From contig CAWBHS010000088.1 of assembly GCA_963788655.1 (NCBI GenBank), positions 160,001 to 224,000 of the forward strand: a stretch of DNA of 64,000 nt, written 5' to 3'. This document shows, piece after piece, positions 22,335 through 32,657 of this stretch. The DNA is from an uncultured Verrucomicrobiae bacterium. GTDB taxonomy: Bacteria > Verrucomicrobiota > Verrucomicrobiia > Limisphaerales > JAFGQR01. The first letter of the stretch is position 1; each line of letters starts with the position of its first letter. The notes under the pieces are model-generated. The model had not been told where the DNA came from. It did no database searches and worked only from the letters and a program-made list of their open reading frames with translations. A program made the translations under genes and the position numbers.

Positions 22335-22543
22335 TCCGCCTCCCGCATTTCTTCGTGCCAGGCTTCCCGGTCCCCTAGCGGCGTCAGCATCCGGCCTAAA
22401 TCAAGTGGCGGCAATTCAAGCGCACTTGACCCGGTTTGCTGGATCTTCACGAGGCGGGTTTGCCTTACGAACTGTTCCAGTTGGATCAATTCTTTTACCG
22501 ACAACTGCGGCACCGCCGCTTCCACTTCTGTAAGCGTGCTCAT
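22331..22543 (-). CDS. Small antitoxin-like protein
   Basis: 70 aa MSTLTEVEAAV...; coupled to the PIN-like fragment. Confidence 0.55.
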   Translation of the reverse strand: MSTLTEVEAAVPQLSVKELIQLEQFVRQTRLVKIQQTGSSALELPPLDLGRMLTPLGDREAWHEEMREAE

Positions 22544-22591
22544 GGATTAAGGATAGCGTTTAACCCGGTCACCGACAAGATACTGTCATAG

Positions 22592-23794
22592 TCACCAGTC
22601 TTGGTTAAGGAATAAAAACGTTCCCAACTTCGATACGGTAAGAATGTCGGGTCGGCCATCGCCGTTCACATCGGCTGCGGTGACCTGCGTGCCGACGCCG
22701 GAGCGATCATCAATGAAATGCGGTACGAACGTCGCGCCGCCTTTGTCATCACGTTGGAGCTGAAACCAATACAATACCGGCGGAGCGTCCGGCTCAATAT
22801 CCTTCGGCGGCGGGTGGGCCCACATTCGTTTCCCGACGACAAGGTCCAGCAAGCCGTCCCCATCGAAGTCGGCCATGGTCAGCGCGTGCGGTTGCGAGAA
22901 GCACACGCCGTATTGCGCCTCCTCACTGCGGTCGCCCATGAACGGGTGCTCCTTGAACGTGATGCGGCCGTTCGCCCTTACCTGCTCAAACCACGCCAAG
23001 CCCCAGCCGTGCGCATCCAGCGCGGTGATGATGTCGGACAAGCCGTCGCCGTTGACGTCGTAAGCGTATATTTGCGCTCCGCCTTTGCCCTTTGAAAACA
23101 CGAACCGATGGGCTGGCCACGGGGTGCTGCCATCGGCGGGCTGTTCCCACCAGCCCTCATTGAGAATGAGGTCGAGACGCCCGTCGCCGTTGACATCACC
23201 GAGGCCCGTACCGTGATAAAACTTGTTCCATTTGCCCGTCGGCGTGATGGGCTTGAAGGTCCAAGGTTTTTCCGGCGCGGACCAGTCGGGCTGAATAAGT
23301 CCCCATTGGTCCAGCCAATGCGCCACCAACTCTGGTTTGCCGTCACCGTCCACGTCCAGGAATGGTGGTGATTCACCCTGCACACGCTCGAAGACGAAAT
23401 GCTTCTTCCAGCCTCCCGGTGAGCCCTGTGGATTCTCATACCAAAACGCCGGGTGCAGATGCACGCGTCCGAGCACGAGGATGTCCGGCCAGCCGTCGCT
23501 ATTGAAATCCCAGACATAGCTGAACATCGAATCCGTAGGCGCCGGTTTGGTGGGAAACGCCTTGGCCGGATAGAACTCGTGCTGCGTCGTGAACTTCGGC
23601 CCCTCGTACCAGAAGGGTCCGGCCACAATGTCCGGCTTGCCATCGCGGTTGAAGTCGCCGGTGTTGATGCCGTCGCAGAAGTAATTGTCGGTCAACACGC
23701 GCTTCTCGAAGGTGACCGCTTTCGCCACCCGCAGCGCGATGAAGTTCGCAGCAAGCAGCAGTGTGATCATGGCCAGATGATTTCTTCGATTCAT
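22592..23794 (-). CDS. FG-GAP/VCBS repeat beta-propeller protein, secreted
   Basis: Repeated D-[FV]-[ND]-x-DG-x-[PLS]-[DE] motifs; signal peptide. Confidence 0.85.
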   Translation of the reverse strand: MNRRNHLAMITLLLAANFIALRVAKAVTFEKRVLTDNYFCDGINTGDFNRDGKPDIVAGPFWYEGPKFTTQHEFYPAKAFPTKPAPTDSMFSYVWDFNSDGWPDILVLGRVHLHPAFWYENPQGSPGGWKKHFVFERVQGESPPFLDVDGDGKPELVAHWLDQWGLIQPDWSAPEKPWTFKPITPTGKWNKFYHGTGLGDVNGDGRLDLILNEGWWEQPADGSTPWPAHRFVFSKGKGGAQIYAYDVNGDGLSDIITALDAHGWGLAWFEQVRANGRITFKEHPFMGDRSEEAQYGVCFSQPHALTMADFDGDGLLDLVVGKRMWAHPPPKDIEPDAPPVLYWFQLQRDDKGGATFVPHFIDDRSGVGTQVTAADVNGDGRPDILTVSKLGTFLFLNQDW

Positions 23795-23834
23795 AGCTTT
23801 CCTATTCGGCGAAATACCAGGTCGCGAACATCGG

Positions 23835-26348
23835 TTATTGCCCGGCCTTCGGCTGATACCACAGGGAGCGCCAATACTGTTGGTCGAGGGCATACACGTC
23901 AATCGGTTGGCGGGCCAGATCAAAGGTGTCCGGCAGAATCCCAAACCGTTTCAGCTCGCGCACGTATTGGTGATTGGGTTTGAAGCCGGGCAACGGGAAG
24001 CGCGGTTTCACGTCGAATACTGCCTTGCCATGCTGCATCGCCGCCAGCATGCGCTGGTAATCGGGATCGTTGGTGTCCTTGAAAATAATGCCGCAGCTTT
24101 CAAATCCGCCGGCGGACTTCGCCAATGGTCCGAGCAATAATGAGGACTTTTCCGGGCGAGTGAAGTTCAAGAGAACGCTGGCATCGAAGCGGGCGATGGG
24201 ATCGTTGGTGGTGACCAACCGCTCCCAATCGGCCGTGGGATGGCCCACGAGCTCGCGGTGGCTACGCCGGACTTCGTAGTTGAACGGCAGGGGCCGCACG
24301 TTGCGTCCCTCGAACTGGCCGACTTGATGACAGGACGCACACCGTCGTTGCAGGATTTCGCCGGTTTCCCGATAGACGGTCCCGAGTGCCTGCCCGGCCA
24401 GTTGTTGATCTTTTTCATTGCGTAGCGCCGCGTAAGTGCCGGCAAACGGCGCGCCGCTCTCAATCCACAGCCACAGCGTTCGCCATTCGTGGGTGGAGAC
24501 TTTGGCGTCGTAATGCCCGCCGGCCGCCAGTTGCAGCAACGGGCTGGCGGAACTGCCGATCGAGCGCGGCGGCTGGTTGCCCAATCCATTGCGGCCATCG
24601 GCCACCAACCGCCGGGCCAGCAGGGTGAAGTAACTGTGCGACCATTGCGAACCCAGGTCGCCCGTCAGAATCACTTGCCCCTCGCGCCGGTCGTAATTGT
24701 GGCAGCGCACACAATGGCGATCCAGGATCGGCTGCACGTCGCGGGGAAAATCCAGGACATCCGGGTAGCCGTGGAAAGCAGCAATCTTGCTGGGCGGGCG
24801 CCGCAATGCCGCTAACGTGAGCCGGCCTTTGTTCTCGGGCGTCAACGTACGATTCTCATGACAACCCACGCAACTGATGACTTCGCCGGGCGCCACGTTG
24901 CAAAAGCTTTGCATGCGTTTCACCGACAGATCGTTTTCGTCCAGCGCCACAAAAAACACCTGCCGATACGCCGGCACTACGAAGTTAGCCGATCCATCCG
25001 CCTCGACCGGCACGGTGCCCAGCACCCGTTCCAGAGTGAAGGTGCCCAACCACGAAACCAAGTCCGGACCACCGCTGAAATTGACCTGCTTCGGCAGCGA
25101 CTCCAACACCAGCAGTTTCTTGATGTCACCACGCTTGACGCCGGGAAGATTTCGCCCCGTGTAAACGTCGGCCAAGACCATCTGTCCCGCCGGTTGCTGG
25201 GGATCGTTTCGTGGTTCGATGACGCGTTCGCGTTCCCGAGCCACGATGGGACGCGGTTCGTGAACGCCACCTTCACCTCGGTGAACGTATAGGACCTCGG
25301 ATCGACCGTCGGCGTCCATCAACAGCACTTGATTGTTGCGCGCCATCAGAAACAGATTTTGGGAGAGCGGATACGGATCTTTGATCAACCCGCCGCGATG
25401 CAATGCCCGCGCGGCAGCGGGACTATCCGGTCCTCGATCCGATGAGACAATCGTGGCGATGCCGGCATGTTCATTGACGCCGTGGCCGGGCGAAAAACTG
25501 GCCAGGATGTCGCGTGTGCCGGGAATGGGTTTGGCGTCGATCATCACCGTGTGGGGCCGCATGTTGCCGTAAAATACCGTGGCGCCGGTACCGTCGGGAT
25601 TCATCGCCCAGAGGTGGTGAAACTCGACCTGGCTGCGATCCACATATTCCCAGCGGGTATAAAGAATGCGCCCATCCGGCAGCACCCACGGCGTGTTGTC
25701 GTGTTCGGTATTGGCGGAAATGAGTTCAATGTTCCGCCCGTCCGCATCGCAACGGTAAATGACGCCCACCTGGGTCATCCAGCAATTCACCCAACGCTTG
25801 CAACGGGTCGAGACAAACGCCATGCCCCCATCCGGCAGATAGACAGGTTCGTAATCGTCGAACGGGTCAAACGTGAGTTGCTGCAAGCCCGAGCCGTCCA
25901 CGTTGATTTCATAAAGGTGGAAAAACTCGGTTCCCGACGGACGGTAGGAGAACAGGATCTTTTGCGCGTCATAGTGGACTTGCGGATCACGAACCGAGCC
26001 GCCTTGGGCGTCGAGCAACACCATCAACTTACCAGTGCGCAAATTCAGCTTGAGCAATTGGCCGACATCCGGCTTGCCGTTGCCCGGGTAGGCCTTGTGG
26101 TGTTCGTCGTCGCAGTAGTAGCCGATGTTGGCATACCAGTGCGGATCGTCGTACCGGAGGCGTGTGCAAAAAACGATCTCCGGCGCGTCGTGTAACGGGC
26201 CGGCCAGGGCCTTCGCCCGCAAGGTGGGCTGAGTTGCAGGAGACGGCGCGTTCGGACGTGGAGCCGCAGCTTGGGCCCGCGAAGCACCCAGCGCAAAGGC
26301 CAGCAAGAGCATTGTGTGCGCGATGAAGGGGTTGAGTTTGATATTCAT
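23835..26348 (-). CDS. HzsA-related (hydrazine synthase alpha middle domain) beta-propeller protein with three CxxCH motifs
   Basis: LPDGRILYTRWEYVDR, LGTVPVEADGSANF, MQSF; CVGCH, CVRCH, CASCH; signal peptide. Confidence 0.8.
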   Translation of the reverse strand: MNIKLNPFIAHTMLLLAFALGASRAQAAAPRPNAPSPATQPTLRAKALAGPLHDAPEIVFCTRLRYDDPHWYANIGYYCDDEHHKAYPGNGKPDVGQLLKLNLRTGKLMVLLDAQGGSVRDPQVHYDAQKILFSYRPSGTEFFHLYEINVDGSGLQQLTFDPFDDYEPVYLPDGGMAFVSTRCKRWVNCWMTQVGVIYRCDADGRNIELISANTEHDNTPWVLPDGRILYTRWEYVDRSQVEFHHLWAMNPDGTGATVFYGNMRPHTVMIDAKPIPGTRDILASFSPGHGVNEHAGIATIVSSDRGPDSPAAARALHRGGLIKDPYPLSQNLFLMARNNQVLLMDADGRSEVLYVHRGEGGVHEPRPIVARERERVIEPRNDPQQPAGQMVLADVYTGRNLPGVKRGDIKKLLVLESLPKQVNFSGGPDLVSWLGTFTLERVLGTVPVEADGSANFVVPAYRQVFFVALDENDLSVKRMQSFCNVAPGEVISCVGCHENRTLTPENKGRLTLAALRRPPSKIAAFHGYPDVLDFPRDVQPILDRHCVRCHNYDRREGQVILTGDLGSQWSHSYFTLLARRLVADGRNGLGNQPPRSIGSSASPLLQLAAGGHYDAKVSTHEWRTLWLWIESGAPFAGTYAALRNEKDQQLAGQALGTVYRETGEILQRRCASCHQVGQFEGRNVRPLPFNYEVRRSHRELVGHPTADWERLVTTNDPIARFDASVLLNFTRPEKSSLLLGPLAKSAGGFESCGIIFKDTNDPDYQRMLAAMQHGKAVFDVKPRFPLPGFKPNHQYVRELKRFGILPDTFDLARQPIDVYALDQQYWRSLWYQPKAGQ

Positions 26349-26571
26349 GCGGCCATTTGTATTGGAGTCGCTTTTGTGATGGTCAGCATGGCAGGTTCCA
26401 AGGGCTGGTTCAACTCTGAACATGGCGATGGCACGTTCACGGTTTCGGGTGCGGATTTCCACCTGGTCGTGGGGTGCGTGCGGTCTGCCTCGTTTTGTAA
26501 GCGATACCGCCATCAGGTTTCCGACACAAAGCTTGACCTTGAATCAGGGAACAATTCATCATGCGCGGCAA

Positions 26572-26865
26572 ATGATGACAACCGCGAGGAGCATATTAGT
26601 GAAGCATGGTGGCTTGGCCTGCTGCATCCTGGCGGCAGTCACGATGCTGGGCTGCACGACTTACGAACACCGGACTCCCAAATCCTGGCGTGGGGTGGTC
26701 AACGGCATGCCCAAAGAAAACGTGTATTCGCTATTGGGACAACCCAATACCCCCCAATTGGAAAACTCACCCGACATCTGGGTCAGCCGCAGTTGGGAGC
26801 TTGACGTGTTCTATGACCAATTCGGGCGCGTCACGAATGTGACCCAACAATACTTGTTACGCTGA
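26572..26865 (+). CDS. Small lipoprotein, SmpA/BamE-like domain
   Basis: Lipobox LGC; GMPKENVYSLLGQP pattern. Confidence 0.55.
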   Translation: MMTTARSILVKHGGLACCILAAVTMLGCTTYEHRTPKSWRGVVNGMPKENVYSLLGQPNTPQLENSPDIWVSRSWELDVFYDQFGRVTNVTQQYLLR

Positions 26866-26930
26866 CCGGCAAAGCCGACGTAATCGGAGTATATCCAGCC
26901 GGGCAGTTGAGCTGGAACGATTCAGTTGGA

Positions 26931-27082
26931 GTGGCTGCGTTCGTGATAACGCGGCCGACTGGCGCGGAGCAACGCCTGATTCAAGCGAAGGCAATCCAGT
27001 TACATTCCGGTGACCGGTGGGACGCTGCCGTGGGTGCTGTGTTTCTCTTTAAAGTCAGCCGCGTTCTCACGAACGCAGCCAC
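26931..27082. repeat. GTGG-type REP doublet
   Basis: GTGGCTGCGTTCGTGATAACGCGGCCGACT ... AGTCAGCCGCGTTCTCACGAACGCAGCCAC between convergent genes. Confidence 0.75.
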
Positions 27083-27175
27083 AGTCACTGCCTAGATACG
27101 GCTTAACGCAGAGGTAATGCCCATCGAGTGAGGCAATCCTCCCGGCTGTCACAACGTGGAAGTGGCTTGGTTGCT

Positions 27176-30100
27176 TTATGGTTTTTCGACGGCCCGGTAG
27201 AAGCGCATCGGTGCCGGTGGCAATGCGCGGTCCTCGATTTGCAGCCAACCATTGGTCAGCACCGGCGGCGTGTCCACCGGTGTCCAGTCGGAACTCGGCA
27301 GCGCCAGGTTGGTGGTGGTATAGACCGCAATTCCATCGGCGGCGACGGCGTCCAACGGCGTGTCGTCGGCGCGCCCGATGAGCAACTGGATTGCTCCGTC
27401 GGGCAGCGACCGCAGTTGGTGCAATCTCAGACTGCCTGCCAGGGGCGAAGCGGTTACGGTAACCAGTCCTTCATGATACTTCGCACCCAGCGGTTCCGCG
27501 TGGGCATTGACGATTTCCCGTGCCACCGGGACGTCGGCAAATCCCAGCGCCAGCCGCGAATCAGGAGTCGCTTGCCTGGTAACGAAAAACCTCAAGTGCG
27601 CAATTGCCTGATCGCCGGGTGGCCACGCCATTCCCGCCGGAAGAACCGCCGCCAGCGCGACTGAGCCCAGTGCCGCTGCATTGGTGTTGACCAACAACGT
27701 GCCCGGTGCCAGCGATTCGCCCGGTTGCGCTTCACGAAACTGGAGAACCGCCGGATCAAATGTGAGCGTGAACGCCAGACCGTTTTCGTCCCCGTTGGCG
27801 GTTAGAATTACCGTGACGTCATCCGTGGTGCCAGAAGCAATTGTTTGATCCAGGACGCGGACACTCCGCCCGCCGGTTGCGATGCTGCTTGCGACCGTGC
27901 CAACAAAACCAGGCGTGGGGCTGGCGGGTAGCGCGGGTGCTTCCGGTCCGCCCGCCGGCGTTACGGGATCGAGCGCGGCGGCATAACGACCGGCTTGCAC
28001 CCAGTCGGCTACGGAGAGCGCGCCGTTGCCCAAGGTTGCCCGCGGTGCGCAATCGGAGCGCTGAAACTCACTGCCGGGCGCGGGGGTGTCCATCGCCGCC
28101 ACGAACCGGCCCATTTGCACCCAATCCGCCACCGTGACAGTGCCATCATTATTGCCGTTGGGGCGTGGGGCTACATCCGCTTCGTAACCTTCAAAACGAA
28201 TGGTGACGCATCCGTCTTCATACGCGGTGAGCAATGAGTTGGCTTCCATATCGACCGTTTCAAGTGCCACCGGTTCGCTCGTCAGGAGGAGGGGCACAGC
28301 GACGTTGTTGGTGACGGAATCGACCAGGGCGAACGTGATGATCATCAGCTCATTGGTCCCGACGGCAAACACACTTCCCGCCGGCAATGCCAGCACAAGG
28401 CCCAGGTGGCCGGCGGAAGATTGCTCGTTGTTGGTCAGCAGACTGGCACCGGCGGCGTCGTTGCCCAAGGCCACTGCCGGGTCGCGCAGCAGGGTCGGAT
28501 CGTAGTTCAAACTGAACCCAAGGGCGTTTTCGTCGCCAGTGGCCTCGAGCCAAACGGAGGCGGTTAGCGGTTGCTCGCTCGAACAACTGACGCGCACTCG
28601 CCGGGGCGCTGGCACCACCACCGTCAGCAGGGCCGGTGAACTGGCGACAGCGCTGCACGCATTGCTCACCACGACGGTGTAATCGCCGACGTCGGCGGGC
28701 AGGACATTGCTGATGGTTAACCGATTGGACGTCACGCCGCTAAGCCGATCATCGTTGCTCAACGTGAGGCCGTTGAGCAACCATTGGTAACTCAAGGGCG
28801 GAGCCGCAACGGCGGCCACTTCGAGCGTAACGGTGGCACCCACGTCCACCGTTCGGCTGACCGGTTGCCGGATGATCATTGGGCAATCGGGCACGTAAGT
28901 CACCTGATCCACCCAGCCGGCATCCTGGCCACTGGCCCGGCTGCCATTCTTCGAGTAACGCCACTTCAAAAGAGTCTGGCCGGCGGGCACTGGGTAAGAT
29001 CGAAACTGCCAATCGACTTCCCCGGTGATCCGGGTTTGTTCTTCCGCCCCCACATAAAACCGTAATTGGTCGTTATCGGGTTCCGAGGAAACCTTCCACC
29101 AATAGCTCACCGTGCCCGGTCCTTCGACGTACGTCTCGAGCCGGGTGTTTTGGTTGTCGGTGATCACCCCGCTCCGGGCAGCGTCCATGCCATCGTGGGT
29201 GACGTTCGTTTGCGGTATCCATGCGGCATTTCCACCCGGTTGAAAAACCAGTTCCAGCGCGTCCACCGCTTCCGGCAACGTCAGCAGCCGCAGAATCGCG
29301 GGGGCGCTGACCGTGCTGCCGCCGGCATTGCGGACCAGCACATGGTAGCTGCCGGCTTGCTCTGGTTGCAAGTTGGCGAGCGTCAAGGTTGCGTTGGTGG
29401 CGGCGGCAATGGGTTCGGTGCCATTGAAAAACCATTGATAATACCGCGGTGCGGTGCCGGTCGCCGTGACGGTAAACCAAGCGGTGCCGCCCACTTCCAC
29501 AAGCTGATCCGCCGGGGGAACGGCAATGGCGGGAACGGTAAGTCCCGGCATTGTGACCACTTGGCTGCACGTGTTGGCATTGCCGCACGCGTCGGTGGCG
29601 CGCCAGGTTCGGCTGAAGGAAATGCCCGTCACCTGAATGTTTGTCACCGTGCTCAAAATGACGACGCTGACCGCCCCACAAAGATCGCTGGCCACAGGTG
29701 CTTGAAAGCTCCACTCGACGCCCGGTGGAACCGTTTGGTCCGGGGCGCACGAAAGCGAAGGCGCGATAGTGTCCACCACGGTCACGCTTTGACTGCACTC
29801 GGCCAGATGGCCGCACGTGTCGGTAGCCTGCCAGGTGCGCGTGGCGGTCAACGTTTCACCGCAACTGAAATTGGTGACAGTATTGACCACGGCTACGGTG
29901 ACCTTTCCTGAGGCGGCCTCGAGTCGCGCGGCAAAGTCTACGGCCGCCTCCGCGTTTGTTTTCAGAATCCATCCGAGGTCGGTTCGCTCCCAGAAATCGG
30001 GAAAGGCTTGCCCTACCACCGGCGGCGAAAATAAATCCACACCCGCCGCGTCATCCGGCGCAAGGCCAGTAAACTGGACCGTCCAAGTGAATGATTCGGG

Positions 30101-30652
30101 CAGTGCTTGGGTCAGGGGCACGGCGGCATCGGCGGTGAAGTCCTCGATGATCAGCGTGGCCCGCAGAGTAGTCGCCACACTGAAGGCGCCACTGTCGTAA
30201 AGCACCGTTGCGGGGGTTGGATAGCCATTGAAGGCCGGGCCGTCGTTCGCGTAAAAACGCACGCGCGCTTGGACGGCGCCTGCAAACTCCGCTTGATTTC
30301 GGTTGGTTCCCCAATACTCGAACACGAACCGGCTGGCCTCGCGCGCGCTGCCTTCCAACACAATCTCGTCGCCCACTTCGCTGAGGCCGGAGTTGAATCG
30401 CAACTCAAGATCGTGGATGGAATTGTCATAGACCAGTGCGTCGTACACACACTCGCCGCTCGCGGTGGGCGGTTCGAAACTCCAATCCTCACCGCACTCG
30501 ACAGTCTTGGCGGGGTGGCAGGTGAGGATCAAGTCGAGTTGACCTCTGACCGTGGGGGGCGATCCCAGTAACAAGACGACGAGCGAGATCCAAAACGCGA
30601 GTGTCCGTTTGGAAACGTGGGCGGCAACCGGATACAACAATTTAATGTTCAT
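27176..30652 (-). CDS. Large secreted protein: HYR-like repeats, Ig domains, cohesin-like domains flanking a dockerin-like repeat
   Basis: RTW.ATD.CG repeats, YQW..NG/GSY/GDY Ig motifs, ENALGFSLNYDP and ENGLAFTLTFDP, duplicated G..[TS]VADWVQ.GR; C-terminal RFYRA. Confidence 0.8.
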   Translation of the reverse strand: MNIKLLYPVAAHVSKRTLAFWISLVVLLLGSPPTVRGQLDLILTCHPAKTVECGEDWSFEPPTASGECVYDALVYDNSIHDLELRFNSGLSEVGDEIVLEGSAREASRFVFEYWGTNRNQAEFAGAVQARVRFYANDGPAFNGYPTPATVLYDSGAFSVATTLRATLIIEDFTADAAVPLTQALPESFTWTVQFTGLAPDDAAGVDLFSPPVVGQAFPDFWERTDLGWILKTNAEAAVDFAARLEAASGKVTVAVVNTVTNFSCGETLTATRTWQATDTCGHLAECSQSVTVVDTIAPSLSCAPDQTVPPGVEWSFQAPVASDLCGAVSVVILSTVTNIQVTGISFSRTWRATDACGNANTCSQVVTMPGLTVPAIAVPPADQLVEVGGTAWFTVTATGTAPRYYQWFFNGTEPIAAATNATLTLANLQPEQAGSYHVLVRNAGGSTVSAPAILRLLTLPEAVDALELVFQPGGNAAWIPQTNVTHDGMDAARSGVITDNQNTRLETYVEGPGTVSYWWKVSSEPDNDQLRFYVGAEEQTRITGEVDWQFRSYPVPAGQTLLKWRYSKNGSRASGQDAGWVDQVTYVPDCPMIIRQPVSRTVDVGATVTLEVAAVAAPPLSYQWLLNGLTLSNDDRLSGVTSNRLTISNVLPADVGDYTVVVSNACSAVASSPALLTVVVPAPRRVRVSCSSEQPLTASVWLEATGDENALGFSLNYDPTLLRDPAVALGNDAAGASLLTNNEQSSAGHLGLVLALPAGSVFAVGTNELMIITFALVDSVTNNVAVPLLLTSEPVALETVDMEANSLLTAYEDGCVTIRFEGYEADVAPRPNGNNDGTVTVADWVQMGRFVAAMDTPAPGSEFQRSDCAPRATLGNGALSVADWVQAGRYAAALDPVTPAGGPEAPALPASPTPGFVGTVASSIATGGRSVRVLDQTIASGTTDDVTVILTANGDENGLAFTLTFDPAVLQFREAQPGESLAPGTLLVNTNAAALGSVALAAVLPAGMAWPPGDQAIAHLRFFVTRQATPDSRLALGFADVPVAREIVNAHAEPLGAKYHEGLVTVTASPLAGSLRLHQLRSLPDGAIQLLIGRADDTPLDAVAADGIAVYTTTNLALPSSDWTPVDTPPVLTNGWLQIEDRALPPAPMRFYRAVEKP

Positions 30653-31021
30653 TAGAATTTCCAGGATTGGTGCCTCTGACTTCCATGAACAAGGAACCTG
30701 ATTGGTTTTATACGGAAACAGATGGCTCTTAACAAAAACAGCCAAAAATAGCAACCACAGAAAACAGCCTTGGGCCGCTTCTTACACTCTGTCGAACGGA
30801 CTTTGCTCTGCTCCTGGCACTAAAATTGCGCGCAAAAGCTTGGGCCATTGGGAATGGACGATTTGGCCCGACTGCTAGCTGTTCCGGCTATCCTAAAGGG
30901 GGGAACGGGCCTAATGGCTGGCGGACGGTGGGACTTTTCTGCCGCACCAGTAGATTCTGGCGATCCCAACCGGGAATTCCCGGGGCAGTTGTCGGCGTGA
31001 TGTGGTGATGAATTTGGAATA

Positions 31022-32260
31022 ATGATGAACGTTGAACCCAAGCCCAAAAAACTTCTGTTCGTCGATGACGAACCGACGATTCTTGAATTGTTTCAGTGCA
31101 TGTTTCGGAGCATGGCCGACACTTGGGAGGTACATTGCGCTACGAGCGGGGCCGAGGCCCTGGTCCTGATGGAACAAGTTCCATTTGCGGTCGTGGTGTC
31201 GGACATGCGGATGCCGGGAATGAACGGCGCGCAATTCCTGACGGAAGTCATGCAGCGGTATCCCCAGACCGCCCGCCTGATTCTCTCGGGCTACGCCGAG
31301 CAGGAGGCGGTGGCCAAATGTGTCGGAGCGGCGCATCAATACCTGATGAAGCCTTGTGACGTGATGACCCTGGGGGCCGTGCTGCAACGGGTCTGCGCCC
31401 TGGATGTTTTCTTGAAAAACGAGCACCTCAAGTCGCTGGTTGCCAAGATGGACGTGGTGCCCAGTTTGCCATCGTTGTATTTCCGGGTGCTGGAAGAAGT
31501 GCAATCGCCGGTTTCCTCCATCGAGCGCATCGGTGAAATCGTGGCCATGGACCCGGGGATGACTGCCAAATTGTTGCAACTGGTCAACTCCGCGTTCTTC
31601 GGAGTACGGCGGGAAATTTCCAATCCGGCGGAAGCCGTCCAGTTACTGGGGGTGGGAACCGTGCGTTCGTTGGCGTTGTCACTGCACGCGTTTTCCTGTT
31701 TTGATCAAGCCAAGCTGGCGGAGTTTTGCTTCGAACGGCTTTGGAACCATTGTCTGCTCACCGGTCTTTACGCACGCAAAATTGCGGAGTCCCAGGGCAC
31801 CGATCGCACGATGGTGGATGAGTCCTTTATTTCGGGGTTGTTGCACGACATTGGCAAATTGATGCTGGTGGCGAATATGGCGCCCGATTTCCGCCAAGTC
31901 ATCCAGATGGTAAACGAAAAGCACATTGCGGAAACCGAAGCGGAGTTGGCGGTATTCGGCGCCACCCATGCTGACGTGGGTGCCTATCTATTGGGATTGT
32001 GGGGATTGCCGGTGCCGATTGTCGAAGCCGTGGCCTTACACCATCATCCTTCGCGGAACATCAATCGGAAGTTTTGCCCATTGACCGCCGTCCACGTGGC
32101 CAACTCCAACGAACACCAGCGTTCAGGCTCAGCTTCATCGGTGACCTTCAACCGTCCGGATGAGAATTATCTGGCGTGGATCGGTTGCCAGGATCGCCTC
32201 CCGGTTTGGAACCAAATCATCAATGACATGGTCGTCCAGGGGCTGGCCTGCGCCGCGTAG
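31022..32260 (+). CDS. Response regulator with HDOD domain
   Basis: [18 protein letters not shown] receiver motifs; [27 protein letters not shown]. Confidence 0.92.
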   Translation: MMNVEPKPKKLLFVDDEPTILELFQCMFRSMADTWEVHCATSGAEALVLMEQVPFAVVVSDMRMPGMNGAQFLTEVMQRYPQTARLILSGYAEQEAVAKCVGAAHQYLMKPCDVMTLGAVLQRVCALDVFLKNEHLKSLVAKMDVVPSLPSLYFRVLEEVQSPVSSIERIGEIVAMDPGMTAKLLQLVNSAFFGVRREISNPAEAVQLLGVGTVRSLALSLHAFSCFDQAKLAEFCFERLWNHCLLTGLYARKIAESQGTDRTMVDESFISGLLHDIGKLMLVANMAPDFRQVIQMVNEKHIAETEAELAVFGATHADVGAYLLGLWGLPVPIVEAVALHHHPSRNINRKFCPLTAVHVANSNEHQRSGSASSVTFNRPDENYLAWIGCQDRLPVWNQIINDMVVQGLACAA

Positions 32261-32346
32261 CGAAGCACCGTCCGCCCAATTTCCTGGCGACGCCAACCGA
32301 AGCCGGACTTGCGGCCAATGGGCCAACGTTGTTCAATGCGCCCGGT

Positions 32347-32551
32347 ATGGATTGCCAACAAGCTCGTAACCGAGGAACCTGTAATTGCAGCTATGAACCT
32401 TGTCCCCGCAAAGGGATTTGCTGCGATTGCATCAGCTATCACTTGCGGAACCGGGAATTGCCGGCGTGTTGTTTTCCGGCCGAGGCCGAGCGCACGTACC
32501 GACCGGTCGTTTGAGAATTTCGCCCGAATGGTGACGGCGGGCCGGATTTGA
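32347..32551 (+). CDS. Small Cys-rich protein (DUF6485-like), frameshift near 32499
   Basis: [21 protein letters not shown]...PACCFP.EAERTY continues as DRSFENF in the next frame. Confidence 0.65.
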
Positions 32552-32657
32552 ATCGAAGTTCATCGACCGGGGCGTCTCCAAGCAAAACGGCTTGAGGGGT
32601 CTTCCTCAAGCCGGTTGATATGGGTAAATGACTTGGTGTGGTGCGGGTGAAGGGGAC

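Noticed and set aside
23835..26348. Anammox hydrazine synthase
   Set aside because: Only a domain-level resemblance; partner subunits are absent.
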